From: Octopus sinensis
Lineage: Eukaryota
Length of the DNA stretch: 64,000 bases
Assembly (NCBI RefSeq): GCF_006345805.1
Contig: NC_042997.1
Span: 75,702,001-75,766,000 of the forward strand
Direction of reading: 5' to 3'
A model generated the notes under the pieces. The model did not search any database. It was not told where the DNA came from and saw nothing but the letters and a program-made list of their open reading frames with translations. A program made the position numbers and the translations under genes. Shown here one piece after another: positions 24,254-36,539 of this stretch (positions within the stretch are counted from its first letter, which is position 1; each line of letters opens with the position of its first letter).

Positions 24254-24827
24254 TTGTCTACTTCCAAAAGCACTGACCATGATAATTCTCAGAAAGCTGT
24301 TCTTGAGGATCCTTATGTAAATGCTTGCTTACGCGGTGACTTATCATGTGAAAATTTAAATTCAACATCTTTTGCAACACCACAGCAAAAAATTGTTATG
24401 GACACACAGATTACTTGTGAAAATGCTAGTTGTAAAGAAAATAAATCCCCTTTGCAGTCTCCAAATAGCAGAGCCTTACCAGGACTCCCCAACATAAAAT
24501 CTCTACCAAAATCTACAGAGACCAACACAATTAATGAAGCCTCAAAGAAATCTCTGGAGAAGGATGCTGTTGGATTACAAGAAACTCTTGCTTCAGTTGA
24601 AATTTCATTGAACGAGGAAGTTACACCTATTTATACAAAGAATACAGTTGTTACTGAAATCAGAAATAAAAATAGTTGCATAAAAGATTGCCTAAATGAG
24701 AAAACTTTGGGCCAGAATGTTTATAAAGCTGAGAACAAAGCTGGAAATTTGCATCAAGATTCACTAGGATCCAAAACAGCTACTTCAGAAGAACCAAATA
24801 TGAAACCAAAGCCAGCTCCTCGAACAA
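24254..24827 (+). CDS. CARMIL: Host gene exon (574 bp), Ser/Thr/Lys/Glu-rich, ending KPKPAPRT
   Basis: tctttcattccAG / GTcagt, phase 0 to 1, open frame inside ORF 24146-24865. Confidence 0.85.
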
Positions 24828-25235
24828 GTCAGTTTAAATATTCTAATATCTCTTTCTATAAATGATAGAAACTTTACTGATTCCATTTTTAAATATAACT
24901 AAAATGTAAACAGAATATACAACATTTTCTTCTTACTTCCTTGATACTTACAGTTTCTTGGTTATATTTTAGGTAGTTAATATTTCATTCATTGTTCTGG
25001 AATTTTTGAGTGCAAATATGCAAGTTGATTGAACTCTACTCAAGTGATTAAAATGTTGTCAGTATTGTATTTCATCGCCAATGCAGTGTCATGTCCAAGT
25101 CCAAAATTTTGGACTCTTATAGCTATAAGTTGGCACCATGTTCCAATTCACTGTTTTGTATCATTTGTGGTACTGAGTTCAAATACCAGTAACATGCATA
25201 CACATACACTCTATCTCTTTCATGCATATTATGTA

Positions 25236-26503
25236 TCAGGTCATCCCATAAGGTCTGTCCGATTTTACCTTTTTTAAAATTGAATGAAATTTAATAGTAT
25301 TTTAGAATGTCTAATGGGATTAAAATTATTTTTATGCATTTGTATAGATGTAAACTAATTAAATATTATTTTACAGAATAATAGAATTAAAATTTCTTTG
25401 ATTAAAACCCTTTCTAACATGGAAGTATCCAAAGAGCATTTGATGCACATAATGCTTTATGAGTACAAAAAAGGAAACTCTGCAGCCAAAGTGACTCGAA
25501 ACATACACTCAGTTTATGGGAAAGAATGCTTGAATGAAAGAACTTGCAGAAGATGTTTTGCAAAATTCAGAAGTGGAGATTTCAACATTGGAGATGAAGA
25601 TCGAACAGGATGTCCAGTTGAGTTTAATGAGAAGCTCCTTGAAGCATTACTTGAAGAAAATCCTGCATTATCAGTTGAAGAATTGGCAATTAAGCTTAGT
25701 TCAAACCATACAATTTGGAAAGGTTCCTAAACTTGGAAAATGGGTGCCTCATGAATTGTCCAAAAGTAACCACAAATCCCGAGATGGCATCTTCTCTTCT
25801 CTCCATTCTCGTGAACTCATTTCACCCTTTTTGGATAGACTTGTGACTGGTAACGAAAAATGGATCTTCTATCGAAATATTAAACATTGTAAACAGTGGC
25901 TTGGTAAAAGGGAAAAAGTTCAATCACAACCAAGAAGGGAACTTCATGAGAAAAAGGATTCTTCTCTCTATCTGGAGGGATTGCAAAGGAGTAATTCACT
26001 TTGAATTGTTACCACCTAATGCAACAATCAGCGCTCAAGTCTACTGTCAGCAATTAGAGCATTTGAACCAAGCTTTAATAAAAAAAAAAGACCCACTTTA
26101 GTGAATCGAAAAGGAGTGATGTTTCATCAGGACAATGCGCAACCCCATACTGCAAAGATCACATCACAGAAGATCAAAGAGCTTGGTTGGGAAAAAAATT
26201 TTTCATCCACCTTATTCTCCTGACTTTGCTCCTTCAGACTACCATTTGTTTTGTAGTTTATAGAATCATTTGGGGGACATAACTTTCACAAACCAGGAGA
26301 AGATCGAAACTGACATTTCAGAGTTCTTCACTTTGAAACCAAAAGAGTTTTACATTGATGGGATTAAAAAGCTTGTAAATAGATGGAAGGAAGTCATAGA
26401 TAATCAGGAAAAGTACACCGATGATTAAATTTCAATTAAATATCACATTTGATCACTTGTTTTCTTTATTCAAAATTCAGACAGAACTTATGAGATGACC
26501 TGA
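25236..26503 (+). mobile_element. Full-length defective mariner transposon
   Basis: ~31-bp TIRs tcaggtcatcccataaggtctgtccgatttt / aaaattcagacagaacttatgagatgacctga, TA on both sides; WVPHEL, VTGNEKW, HQDNAQPH and PYSPDFAPSDYHLF motifs with frameshifts. Confidence 0.95.
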
Positions 26504-26689
26504 TATACCAAGCTCACACTTTAGGGGATTGGGGGAATGTATCTGAGTAAAAAATCCAAGAATTCAAACAAAATTGTCTCTTTTAACATTCTTTCCCCTC
26601 CATTTTTTTTAAATGTAAAATTGTAATATTTCTATTGCCAATTCTTTTACTAAGTTACAAATTTTTACTCTGCTTCATTTATTTCACAG

Positions 26690-27055
26690 GCTTTACTTCA
26701 ACAAAACCAGCTATTAAATCTAAACCACCTCCACCTGTAGCACCAAAGCCATCAGTTCCTTCACGACCAAGTTTAAAAAGAACTACTGCTCCTACAGTTC
26801 ACAGGAATTCTGTAGAGTCCCTAAAAGAAGTGTCAACCAAAGAGAACAGCTATAACAATGATAATGGTGTTGTTTATGACTCTGCTACATTAAGACTTTC
26901 AGTCCAAGAAAAAGTCTCAAAAATTAGTAATATCAGCCAATTAATGGAAAAACCTGTGATTGAAGATAATACAGATTGCAATGATTGTGATGCTTTCAGC
27001 AATAAAAAAAGATCTTCTTTCCTATGTGATACTCAAATCTCTAAGGGGCTTAAAG
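26690..27055 (+). CDS. CARMIL: Host gene exon, Pro-rich (KPPPPVAPKPSVPSRP)
   Basis: ttcatttatttcacAG / GTatct, phase 1 to 1, open frame. Confidence 0.85.
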
Positions 27056-27134
27056 GTATCTATCTTTTAAATATCATATCTTTAGGAAACATATTTTCTT
27101 AAATATATAAAAGTCTAAAATACTTTTTATACAT

Positions 27135-27472
27135 TTGTGGCACATAAAAAGCACCTTTCAAGCATTGGCCCTCACAGAGGCAATGACAAATGACTAAGAC
27201 CTTTGGCAATATGCTGTGCTTGAATAGAAGACCCATCAAACCAAGTGGAATTATAGTTGTGACAGATACTGATATCATGTAACTGGTACCCATGCCAGCG
27301 GTACATAAAAGCACTCATTACACTCTCAGAGTGGTTGATGTTAGGAAGGTCATCCAGCCATAGAATCCATGCCATATTAGACTGGAGTCTAGTGCAGCCC
27401 CTCAACTTACCAGCCCCGGTCAAACCATCCAACCCATGCCTGCATGTACAAAGGATATTAAATGATGATGAT
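27135..27472 (+). mobile_element. RTE 3'-end/SINE-like fragment with (GAT)n tail
   Basis: gagtggttgatgttaggaaggtcatccagc...ccaacccatgcc...aatgatgatgat, homologous to 36360-36526. Confidence 0.8.
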
Positions 27473-27771
27473 TTCTACAATTTAAATAATTTGAAACAGA
27501 AATTAAAACTTTTTTCCTAGATCTTTAGACGACAGGTTATGTTGTCATCATTATTGCTATTGGTACCACCATTTTTATGTTCGCTTTCTATGCTAGCATG
27601 GGTTGGACAAGTTATGACCCAGATTAGTCCTTATTTGAAGTTATTGCTTTTTTAGATTGAAAGAGTCCCCTCTTGCTAAAAACATTCCATTTTTGACATG
27701 GTTTGTGTAACTGGATGCCTTTCTAAACATCAAATACTTTACAGATTTATCTTTTTTCTTTTATTTGTTTC

Positions 27772-27960
27772 AGTCATTAGACCATGACCATGCTGGGGCA
27801 CTGCCTTGAAGGGTTTAGTCAAATGAAATCAACCCCAGTAGTTATTTTTATAAGCCTGGTACTATTGGTTACTTTTGCTGAACCAATAAGTTATTGGGGC
27901 ATAAGCAAACCATCACCAGTTTTCAAGTAATAAAGGGGGACAAGCATGTGTAAGTGCATG
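27772..27960 (-). mobile_element. SINE 3' fragment
   Basis: tttgtttcagtcattagaccatgaccatgctggggcactgcc, reverse complement of the SINE tail. Confidence 0.75.
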
Positions 27961-28029
27961 TGTGCATGTATATATATGTGTGTGCATGTATTTATATATG
28001 TATATGCATATATGTATATATACAAGCAA

Positions 28030-30090
28030 AAAAACTTTTACTCATTTCAGCCATGCAAGAGCACCACCGTGGTCTTTCTAATTTCCTAGTCTGGGGTGTT
28101 TTATATCACCACTCCTAGATGTGCCTTTGTCCCAGCTGTTGGCCCATTTGGTGTATAAGGAAGTTTGATTCCACTGCCCTCATCTGCACCTTATGGTGGA
28201 CTGTTGGTTCATCCAGTATTTTGGAGAGGAGAATGTCTAGTTCCTTTTTGAAGACATCTACTTCCACCTTATGCAGATTTCTTAATTTTTGTGATTGGGC
28301 ATTGAAGAGCTGTGGGCCTTTGAACCCTAGACTATTGCAGTACCTAGTCCTGAATTTAGATGGAGTGGATGGTACCTTTGGTACAATACTATGGCAGTTA
28401 GCTCTGGCATTTGTTTAACACTCAATGCCAAAGTTAGGTACTAGCCCTTCTAGGATTTTCCATATGTATATTATTGCATATCTCTCAGGCCTTCACTCTA
28501 GGGAGTAAAGCTGTAGTTTTCTCAGCCTATCCCTGTAGCTCATCCACTGCACTGTTTCTATCTTTTTAGTGTAGTGGCATTGGACTGCTTCAAGCTCCAC
28601 TGTTAGTTTGGCACTATGTGGTGACCATAACTGGGAGCAGTATTCCAGTGGCTGAGAACAAAGGTTCTCCACAGGGTCAACATAGTTTCTTAGTCTCTTC
28701 TCTTAAAAGACCTCAGTATCCATCCTCCCAGTTGTCTGCACTTTGCTGCTATCTTGGTAAGGATCCCCAAGTCTTTCACTGCTTGTGACTCTGGGATTAT
28801 AGTGCCTTTGGGTCCTGTATATGCAGGCTGTAGAACAGTCATGAGTTAATAGTAGAATGCTTGAAACTTTCCAGCATTAAATTGCATGTTGTTTAATTCA
28901 GCCCACTTGTATATCGAATTCAAGTCCCGCTGTAGGCTTGTGACATCATCTTGATTTTTTATTGCCTGTTATAATTTTGTATCATTGATACAGCTAGTGA
29001 CAGTGGGCATGTCTAATAGGGCTATTATGAACAGTAATGGCCCCATGGGGGACGTCAGTTAGGATTTGAGTTTCCTCAGAAAGGGCACCATTGGCTGTGA
29101 TTACCTGACTTCTGTCTTTAAGGTATTCATGCAGCCAGCCTCCCAGTTTACCAGCAATGCCAAGGTCTCATAGCTTGTGACATATCATGCTGTGATCTAC
29201 CTTTTCAAAGTCAAGGTATATCGTGCTGACATCTGAATGGTCAAGTAGCTGTTTCAAAATACCGTCATAGTGGTGTAGGAATTGTGTGAGGCAGCTTCTG
29301 CCTGGACAAAAGTCATGCTGTGCATTGTTCAATAGGTATTTTCAAGAACATTATCAGCTTCTTTCTGATGACTTGCTCCATGACTTCACTGATATGTGAA
29401 GTCAGAGAGATTGGCCTGTAATTTTTAGCCTCTTCCCTGCTTCCACCTTTGTGGATGAGGCATATAATGCCTTCTTTCTACTTACATAACCTGCTTACAT
29501 GACTTCAGGAGAATAGCTGGGAAGCCATCAGGATCTGTTGCTGAGCATAAGCTCATTTCATCTATGGCCACATCTACCTCCTCAATGGTTGGCACCTACT
29601 GTTTTAGAGCTGCAATATTAAAGAATTCAATCAATTTTTTTATCTGCATGTGTCGAAAGGAGAAAGTGAAGACACTTTTAAATTGTTCACTGAGTATCTC
29701 ACTTCTCCTTCCTGGGTCCACGGTCAGTAAGCCATTCCCTTGGAACAATGATCATATTTTATATTGTATTGTGGATGTTTCTTTTGCAAATTTATAGAAA
29801 TATTTGGAATTTGTTTTTATGCTTTCTACAGCTCTGTTTTCTCCCCCCCCCCTTTGTGAGAGAGTTTGATCTTGTTCTCGATTTCTAGGAGTGTCCATAT
29901 TAAGATAGACTTTTCCCTATCCTTCAGTTGCCCATTCAGCTGCTTTGAAACCTTTGACCTGCATCTCATAAGGATTTTTCTGTCCCTGGGAATCTTGTTT
30001 GACAGTGTGCTGGCCTCTCTTTCTGGGATATATTTAGTGCACATAGCTTGCACTGTTGACATAAACTGGCTGAGTTTCAAATATATATAT
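28030..30090 (-). mobile_element. CR1-type LINE, decayed RT region to 3' end
   Basis: Homologous to 43333-45200 (GPQLFN, LERRR, KDLG motifs); ends in the cggtggtgctc..gcatggc tail; cut at 30090 by a Tigger insertion. Confidence 0.85.
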
Positions 30091-30101
30091 GTACATATAT
30101 A

Positions 30102-32140
30102 CAGTGATACCTCACAGTATGAGTTTAATTCATTCCATAACAGAGCTCGTTTGATGACTTACTCATTTTACAAATCAATTTTCACCATTGAAAGCAATTA
30201 AAATATAATTAATCTGTCCCCCCCCCCCAACCACCCCAAAATTATTTCTTATGGATTTTAAAATGAAAAAGGTGCAGCTGCAAGGAGAATAACAATTATA
30301 AAAACATAATAAAAGAGAATGCAAAAGAAATATGTAAACTGGTTTTATTAATTGAATTATCTTAAAGGTGGGACAATTTGTGCACGAAGAAGGCTGTGGA
30401 ATAGGGAGAAGGAAGGGGATTACTATTTGGAAGGAGAATTTTCTTCCATTAAGACATCAGGAAGAACAATTTCTAGCATTTTTTCTCTCACTTCACTTAA
30501 TTTAGGCTTTCTGCACACACTTTCTTCACTTTTTACACTTGCAGATTGTTTCATTTGAAACATATGAAAGGAAGTTTGCTTTTTGCTGCCTTTCAAAATG
30601 TTACAAAAATGCACCAGAGCAGTGTCATTAAGTAAAGCAGCTATGTGACCTGTAGATACTTTTTCAGGATGATTTTTTTTCTACAAATTCAGAAACATAC
30701 TGCCACTTTGCCAACACTGCTTTTATGTCACTTGTTGAGATGGTCTTCTCTGCACACTGCCTCCTCCAGGGAACCAATTTCTTCCACCACATCTGAATGC
30801 TGCTGCTCCTGAAGCTACAGGAGTTCATCTATCATCAACTCTTCTCAATGTTCCTTGATGAGATCATTAATGTCCCCATCATCAACCTCAAGGCCCATGG
30901 ACTTGCCAAGAGACACTATCTCCTCGACAACAGGTGTCTCAGACTCCAACCCCTCAAAGTCTCTTTCAGATATGCAATCAGGCCACAGTTTCCTCCCTGT
31001 AGAATTCAGTGTTCTCCTCGTTACATCCTGTCAGGCCATATCAATGATTTTCAAGCAGTTAACAATGTTGTAATGCCCCTCCAAAACTCACGAAGGTTTA
31101 AATTTGTATTTTTGGTGACTTCAAAGCACCACCAGAACAGGTGTTTGGTGTGCAATTGCTGGTCCATGGGCTGCAGGATAGGGATAGTGTTGCATGAAAG
31201 GTACATCATCCAGGATATCATCTTCAAGATTAGGAGGGTGAGCAAGAGCATTGTCAAGGATGAGGAGGGCCTTGAAAATATCATTCTCTAGAAGGTACTA
31301 TTTCACCTGGTCTGAAGATGTTGACTCACTCAGTGAAGAATTGACCCAGGCTTTAACATTTGCCCTCCACATGACCTGCAGCTTCTCCTTCAGGATTTTG
31401 TGACTTGAATGCTTGTGGATTTTTGGAATGGTAGATGAGGAGCAGCTTAATCTTCAAGTCTCAAGTCTCCACTAGCCCAAAAGACAAGAGCTAGCCTATA
31501 TGTCATAGGCTTATGGTCTAGCACTTTCGTCTCCTCTGCAGTTATGTAGCTTCTTTGGGTCATTTTTTTTCCCCCAAAACAGGCCACTTTCATCACATTT
31601 GAATATCTGTTGTGTGATGTACTTTCAGCTGCAATCAGCTGGCAGAATTCACACACAAAGAAATGTTAGCTGCTTTCATGTCAGAACTTGCTGCTTCTCC
31701 ATACCTCACAAAGGGTTAAATTTAAATGTTATGAACACCATTGCTCTTCTTGAGCCTTAAATGTGTCTGCTGATGTCTTCTTCATCAATGTTCCAGGGTT
31801 CTGTTTCAGGAGATCCACATGCAACACTCATGCTTTCTTGCAGATCATGGTCTCCATAATCATATCCCCTGCAAGTTGCTTCTCATTGATCCACAGGAGA
31901 AGCAATTTTTCCATCTCTTCATGGACAGATGTGTATTGCTAAAAGTGCTTGGAGACAACCTTTGCTGTTTTAACAGCTTTGATCTTGTCCTATTTCTTCA
32001 GGATGGTGCAAATCATTGACATGCTATGTCCACTACACACACTCCTCTCTCGTGTTTATTAATGATTTCCTTCTTCAATTCTATCATAATCAGCTTTTCC
32101 TTCTCAACACTGACCATTGCCTAATCTTCTTAGGCCCCAT
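30102..32140 (-). mobile_element. Tigger/pogo (TIGD1-like) DNA transposon remnant
   Basis: TA then TIR-like cagtgatacctcacagtatgagtttaattcattcc; fragments PILQPMDQQ, CFEVTKNTNLNLREFW, SYITAEE..HKPM, EMEKLLLLWINEKQLAGD. Confidence 0.85.
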
Positions 32141-32149
32141 GGCTAACAC

Positions 32150-32462
32150 AACAAATTATTATTAAAAAAATCGAAATCGATCAACATCAATGGAAATTGC
32201 AGCTGTGATACCAGTGCCGGTGGCACGTAAAAGAACCATCCGAACATGGCCATTGCCAGCGCCACCCCGACTGGCCTCCGTGCCGGTGGCACGTAAAAAG
32301 CACCCACTACACTCATGGAGTGGTTGGCATTAGGTAGGGCATCCAGCCGTAGAAACATTGCCAGATCAGACTGGGCCTGGTGCAGCCTTCTGGCTTCCCG
32401 GACCCCAGTTGAACCGTCCAACCCATGCTAGCATGGAAAGCGGATGCTAAACGATGATGATG
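32150..32462 (+). mobile_element. RTE 3'-end/SINE-like fragment
   Basis: ccggtggcacgtaaaaagcacccactacactc...catgctagcatggaaagcggatgctaaacgatgatgatga. Confidence 0.85.
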
Positions 32463-32515
32463 AATAGCATAAAATGCACAATACTATATATATATATATA
32501 TACATGTGTATATAT

Positions 32516-32673
32516 AAAAAACCACTAGGTGGTCAGCTGTATGCTAGAAGTAGATCACCTATGATCAAACTACAAAGAAAAGAATGTTCTCTAGAGGAAA
32601 AACATTCTTTTCTTTGTAGTTTGATCGTAGGTGATCTACTTCTAGCATACAGCTGACTTCCTAGTGGTTTTTT
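32516..32673. repeat. Near-perfect 158-bp palindrome (foldback element)
   Basis: ~73-bp arms (aaaaaccactagg...agaatgtt / aacattct...cctagtggttttt) with 3 mismatches around a ctctagag centre. Confidence 0.92.
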
Positions 32674-32854
32674 AGCCCTTTAAGTATACACACGTATTAG
32701 AATTTTCTCTGAATTTTCATATTTTTGTATGCTAGGCTACTGGTTTTAAATTGATATTAATTAAATTAATATTCAATTTATCTCCCTCATTATTTAAATT
32801 TTTATATATATATATATATATATATTTATTTTTAATTATATATTATTATTAATA

Positions 32855-33065
32855 TTAGGAAATCAATATCAAAACTCCTCAGAAAGAGATACACGTGTGA
32901 AAAATAATTGTTGTATTAAAAATATATAAATAAATAAATATAAATAGGTATAAAAATATATGTAAATATGTATAAGCATAAATAGATAATGTATATGACA
33001 GTTTAAAAGTTTTGAATTAATTATTTAAAGCATCTTACAATTGTTTCACAGAAGAGTTGTCCCTA
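32855..33065 (-). mobile_element. PLE-tail-like repeat with the 3' half of a hammerhead; inverted copy of 37183-37382
   Basis: Reverse complement of 33031-33057 = cttctgt-GAA-ACAATTGT-A-agatg; flanking ~200 bp match 37183-37382 in inverted orientation. Confidence 0.7.
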
Positions 33066-33123
33066 TAGAGTGATACTTACAAATAGATACATAGATAAAC
33101 TGATAAGAATTATTTGACTATAA

Positions 33124-36100
33124 ATTATATATTAAATAAAGATTGTTCTATGACACTCTACTGCAGACTACCTCGTTGACGAACGACAGAGACCTTCTCT
33201 TTGTGGCTGGTGACTTCAATGGTCACGTTGGACGACATGCTGGGGGCTTCCATGGCGTACATGGAGGCTATGGCTCTGGTTCCCGCAACGAGGAGGGAAC
33301 CAGGCTGCTGGAGTTCTGCGATGCAAATAATCTTATGATTTGCAACACTAACTTCAGGAAACCTACCAGCCACCTAGTCACCTACCGATCGGGCCAACAT
33401 ACCAGCCAAATTGACTACATCCTTGCCAGGCAAAGGGAGAGATGGCTACTTATAAATGCCAAAACCTTCCCAGGCAAAGAATGTACCCCACAACATAGAC
33501 TGGTAGTTAATGACTTTAGGATCAGGAGTAGGAGGACAACCAGAAGACGACCAACATGGAGAAGAAGGATCTGGAAGCTTAAGGATCCTGTGAATGGACA
33601 GAGATTTAGAGACATGTTACTTGAAGCCTTTGACGAAGTAGAAGGGGATAGAGTATCACATGGGGTAGAGGACAACTGGACGTTTCTAAGGGACAACCTG
33701 CTGAGAGCCACTGACCAGATCTGTGGCTGGTGCAAAGTCACCTCTCGTCCCAAGGTAACGTGGTGGTGGAACAGTGTCGTAGACAGGGCTATTAGAGAAA
33801 AGAGACAGACTTGGAAGCACTGGAAGAATGGTGGTAGCAGGGAATTGTATCAGACTGCTAAAAGGGAAGCTAGGAGACAGGTCTATCTAGCCAGAGGGGA
33901 AGCAGATAAGAAAAAATTTGCCAATGTTCTGCGCCGTGAGGACCAAAGACTGGAGGTGTTTCGCGTTGCAAGACAGTGTGTGAGAGAGAATTGTGATGTG
34001 GTGGGAGAGAAGTGTGTTCGCATGGAAGATGGTTCACTTGCGCTAAACGAGGATGCAAAGAGAGAGGCTTGGAGACGCCACTATGAAAGGTTGCTGAATA
34101 AAGAAAATGAATGGGATAAAGAGAGTCTGCCGAACGTTGACCCAACAGAGGGACCAGCTATCAGGGTTGATAGTTCCTTAGTAGCTAAAGCAATTACAAG
34201 CATGAAGACAGGGAAAGCCCCAGGCCCATCAGGTATCACTGCAGAGATGCTCAAAATATCTGGTAGTGTCGGCTATAGCCTAGTCACCTGTATAGTTAAT
34301 CAGGTGATACATGAAGGAGTCATACCCAATGACTAGTGTAGCAGCATAATAGTCAACTGCTACAAAGGTAAAGGTGATGCCCTAGATACAAATAATTACA
34401 GAGGTATCAAGATGTTGGTTCAGGTGATGAAGGTTACAGAGAGGGTCATAAGCCAACTAATTAGAGAGAGAGTTAGTTTAGATGAGATGCAGTTTGGTTT
34501 CGTGCCAGAGAAAAGTACCACTGATACTATAGTCCTGGTAAGGCAGCTGCAGGAGAAATACCTAGCCAAAGATAAGCCCCTGTACCTGGCTTTTGTTGAC
34601 ATGGAGAAAGCCTTCGACAGGGTCCCTCAATCCCTCATATGGTGGTCAATGAGGAAACTAGGAATAGATGAATGGTTAGTGAGAGCTGTGCAAGCCATGT
34701 ACAGGGACGCTGCTAGTAAGGTGAGGGTTGGCAATGAGTACAGTGAAGAATTCCGGGTAGAGGTAGGGGTCCACCAAGGCTCAGTCCTCAGCCCCCTCCT
34801 ATTTATCATAGTCCTCCAGGCAATAACGGAGGAATTCAAGACAGGATGCCCCTGGCAGCTCCTCTATGCTGATGACCTTGCTCTAATTGCTGAGTCATTA
34901 TCAGAACTGGAGAAGAAGTTTCAGGTGTGGAAGCATGGTTTAGAATCGAAGGGCCTTAGAGTCAACCTAGCTAAAACCAAAGTCCTAATAAGTAGGAAGG
35001 TAGACAAATCACAAACGCCTTCAGGTAGATGGCCCTGCTCGATCTGTAGAAAAGGTGTAGGTAGAAACTCTATAAGATGCACCAAGTGTAAGCTATGGAC
35101 ACATAAGAGGTGCAGCAATGTCATAGGAAGACTAACTAGGAAGAGGTTTTTTGTATGTAGCAGATGCTCAGGAGCATTAACCTCTGAAAATCTGCTGAAA
35201 ACAACTTCCGTCACTTTCCCGGGGGAAAAACTAGAAGTAGTTGATAGCTTCCGTTATCTTGGTGACCAAGTCAGTAGTGGGGGTGGGTGTGCTGAAAGTG
35301 TAACGGCTAGAGTAAGAATAGCCTGGGCAAAGTTTAGGGAGCTCTTACCTCTGTTGGTGACTAAAGGCCTCTCGCTCAGAGTAAAAGGCAGACTGTATGA
35401 TGCATGTGTACGAACAGCCATGCTACATGGCAGTGAAACATGGGCCGTGACTGCTGAGGACATGCATAAGCTCGCGAGAAATGAAGCTAGTATGCTCCGC
35501 TGGATGTGTAATGTCAGTGTTCATAGTCGACAGAGTGTAAGTACCTTGAGAGAAAAGTTGGACCTAAGAGGCATCAGATGTTGTGTGCAAGAGAGACGAT
35601 TGCGCTGGTATGGTCATGTGGTGAGAATGGATGAAGATAGGTGTGTGAAAAAGTGCCACACCCTGGCAGTTGAGGGGACCTGTGGAAGAGGTAGACCCAG
35701 GAAAACCTGGGTCGAGGTGGTGAAGCACGACCTTCGAACTCTAGGTCTCACCAAGGAAATGACCAGAGACCGAGACCTATGGAAGTATGCTGTGCGTGAG
35801 AAGACCCAGCAAGACCAGTGAGAACAACCAAAATCAAATCATATATCAGAAAGCAGGGGTTAAGTGACCCATCCGTTCGTGTCCGCTGTCAGCCTCGTCT
35901 GGCACCCGTGCCGGTGATACGTAAAAGCACCATTCGCTCGTGGCTGTTTGCCAGCTCTGCCTGGCCCCCGTGTCGGTGGCACGTAAAATCACCATCCATT
36001 CGTGTTCGTTGCCAGCCTCGCCTGGCCCCGTGCCGGTGACATGTAAAAGCACCGTCCGTTCGTGGCCGTTTTCCAGCTCTGTCTGGCCCCATGTCGGTGG

Positions 36101-36526
36101 CACGTAAAAGCACCATCCGTTCGCGTCCGTTGCCAGCCTCAGCTGGCCCCCGTGCCGGTGACACGTAAAAGCACGGTCCGTTCGTGGCCGTTTGCCAGCT
36201 CTGTCTGGCCCCGTGTCGGTGGCACGTAAAAGCACCATCCGTTCGTGTCCGTTGCCAGCATCGCCTGGCCCTGTGCCGGTGACACGTAAAAGCACCATCC
36301 ATTCGTGGCCATTCGCCAGCTCTGTCTGGCACCTGTGCAGGTGGCACGTAAAAAACACCCACTACACTCGCGGAGTGGTTGGCATTAGGAAGGGCATCCA
36401 GCCGTAGAAACACTGCCAGATCTGACTGGGCCTGACGAAGCCTTCCAGCTTCACAGACCCCAGTTGACCCGTCCAACCCATGCTAGCATGGAAAGCGGAC
36501 CCTAAATGATGATGATGATGATGATG
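33124..36526 (+). mobile_element. Young RTE LINE, 5'-truncated within the endonuclease, with minisatellite 3' UTR and (GAT)n tail
   Basis: APE C-half (GDFNGHVG, IDYIL, QHRLVV), RT (YADD), 3' UTR with 8 units of ~61 bp, tail at 36507-36526. Confidence 0.96.
33143..35821 (+). pseudogene. RTE ORF (APE-RT with PHD-like finger) interrupted by a single TGG-to-TAG stop at 34334-34336
   Basis: ORFs 33143-34336 and 34412-35821 are in the same frame; the other copy reads IPNDWCSS at this position. Confidence 0.9.
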
Positions 36527-36539
36527 AAAGATTGAATAG

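Noticed and set aside
35880-36360. Regularly spaced repeats resembling a CRISPR array
   Set aside because: Whole units are repeated with no unique spacers; eukaryotic LINE 3' UTR minisatellite.
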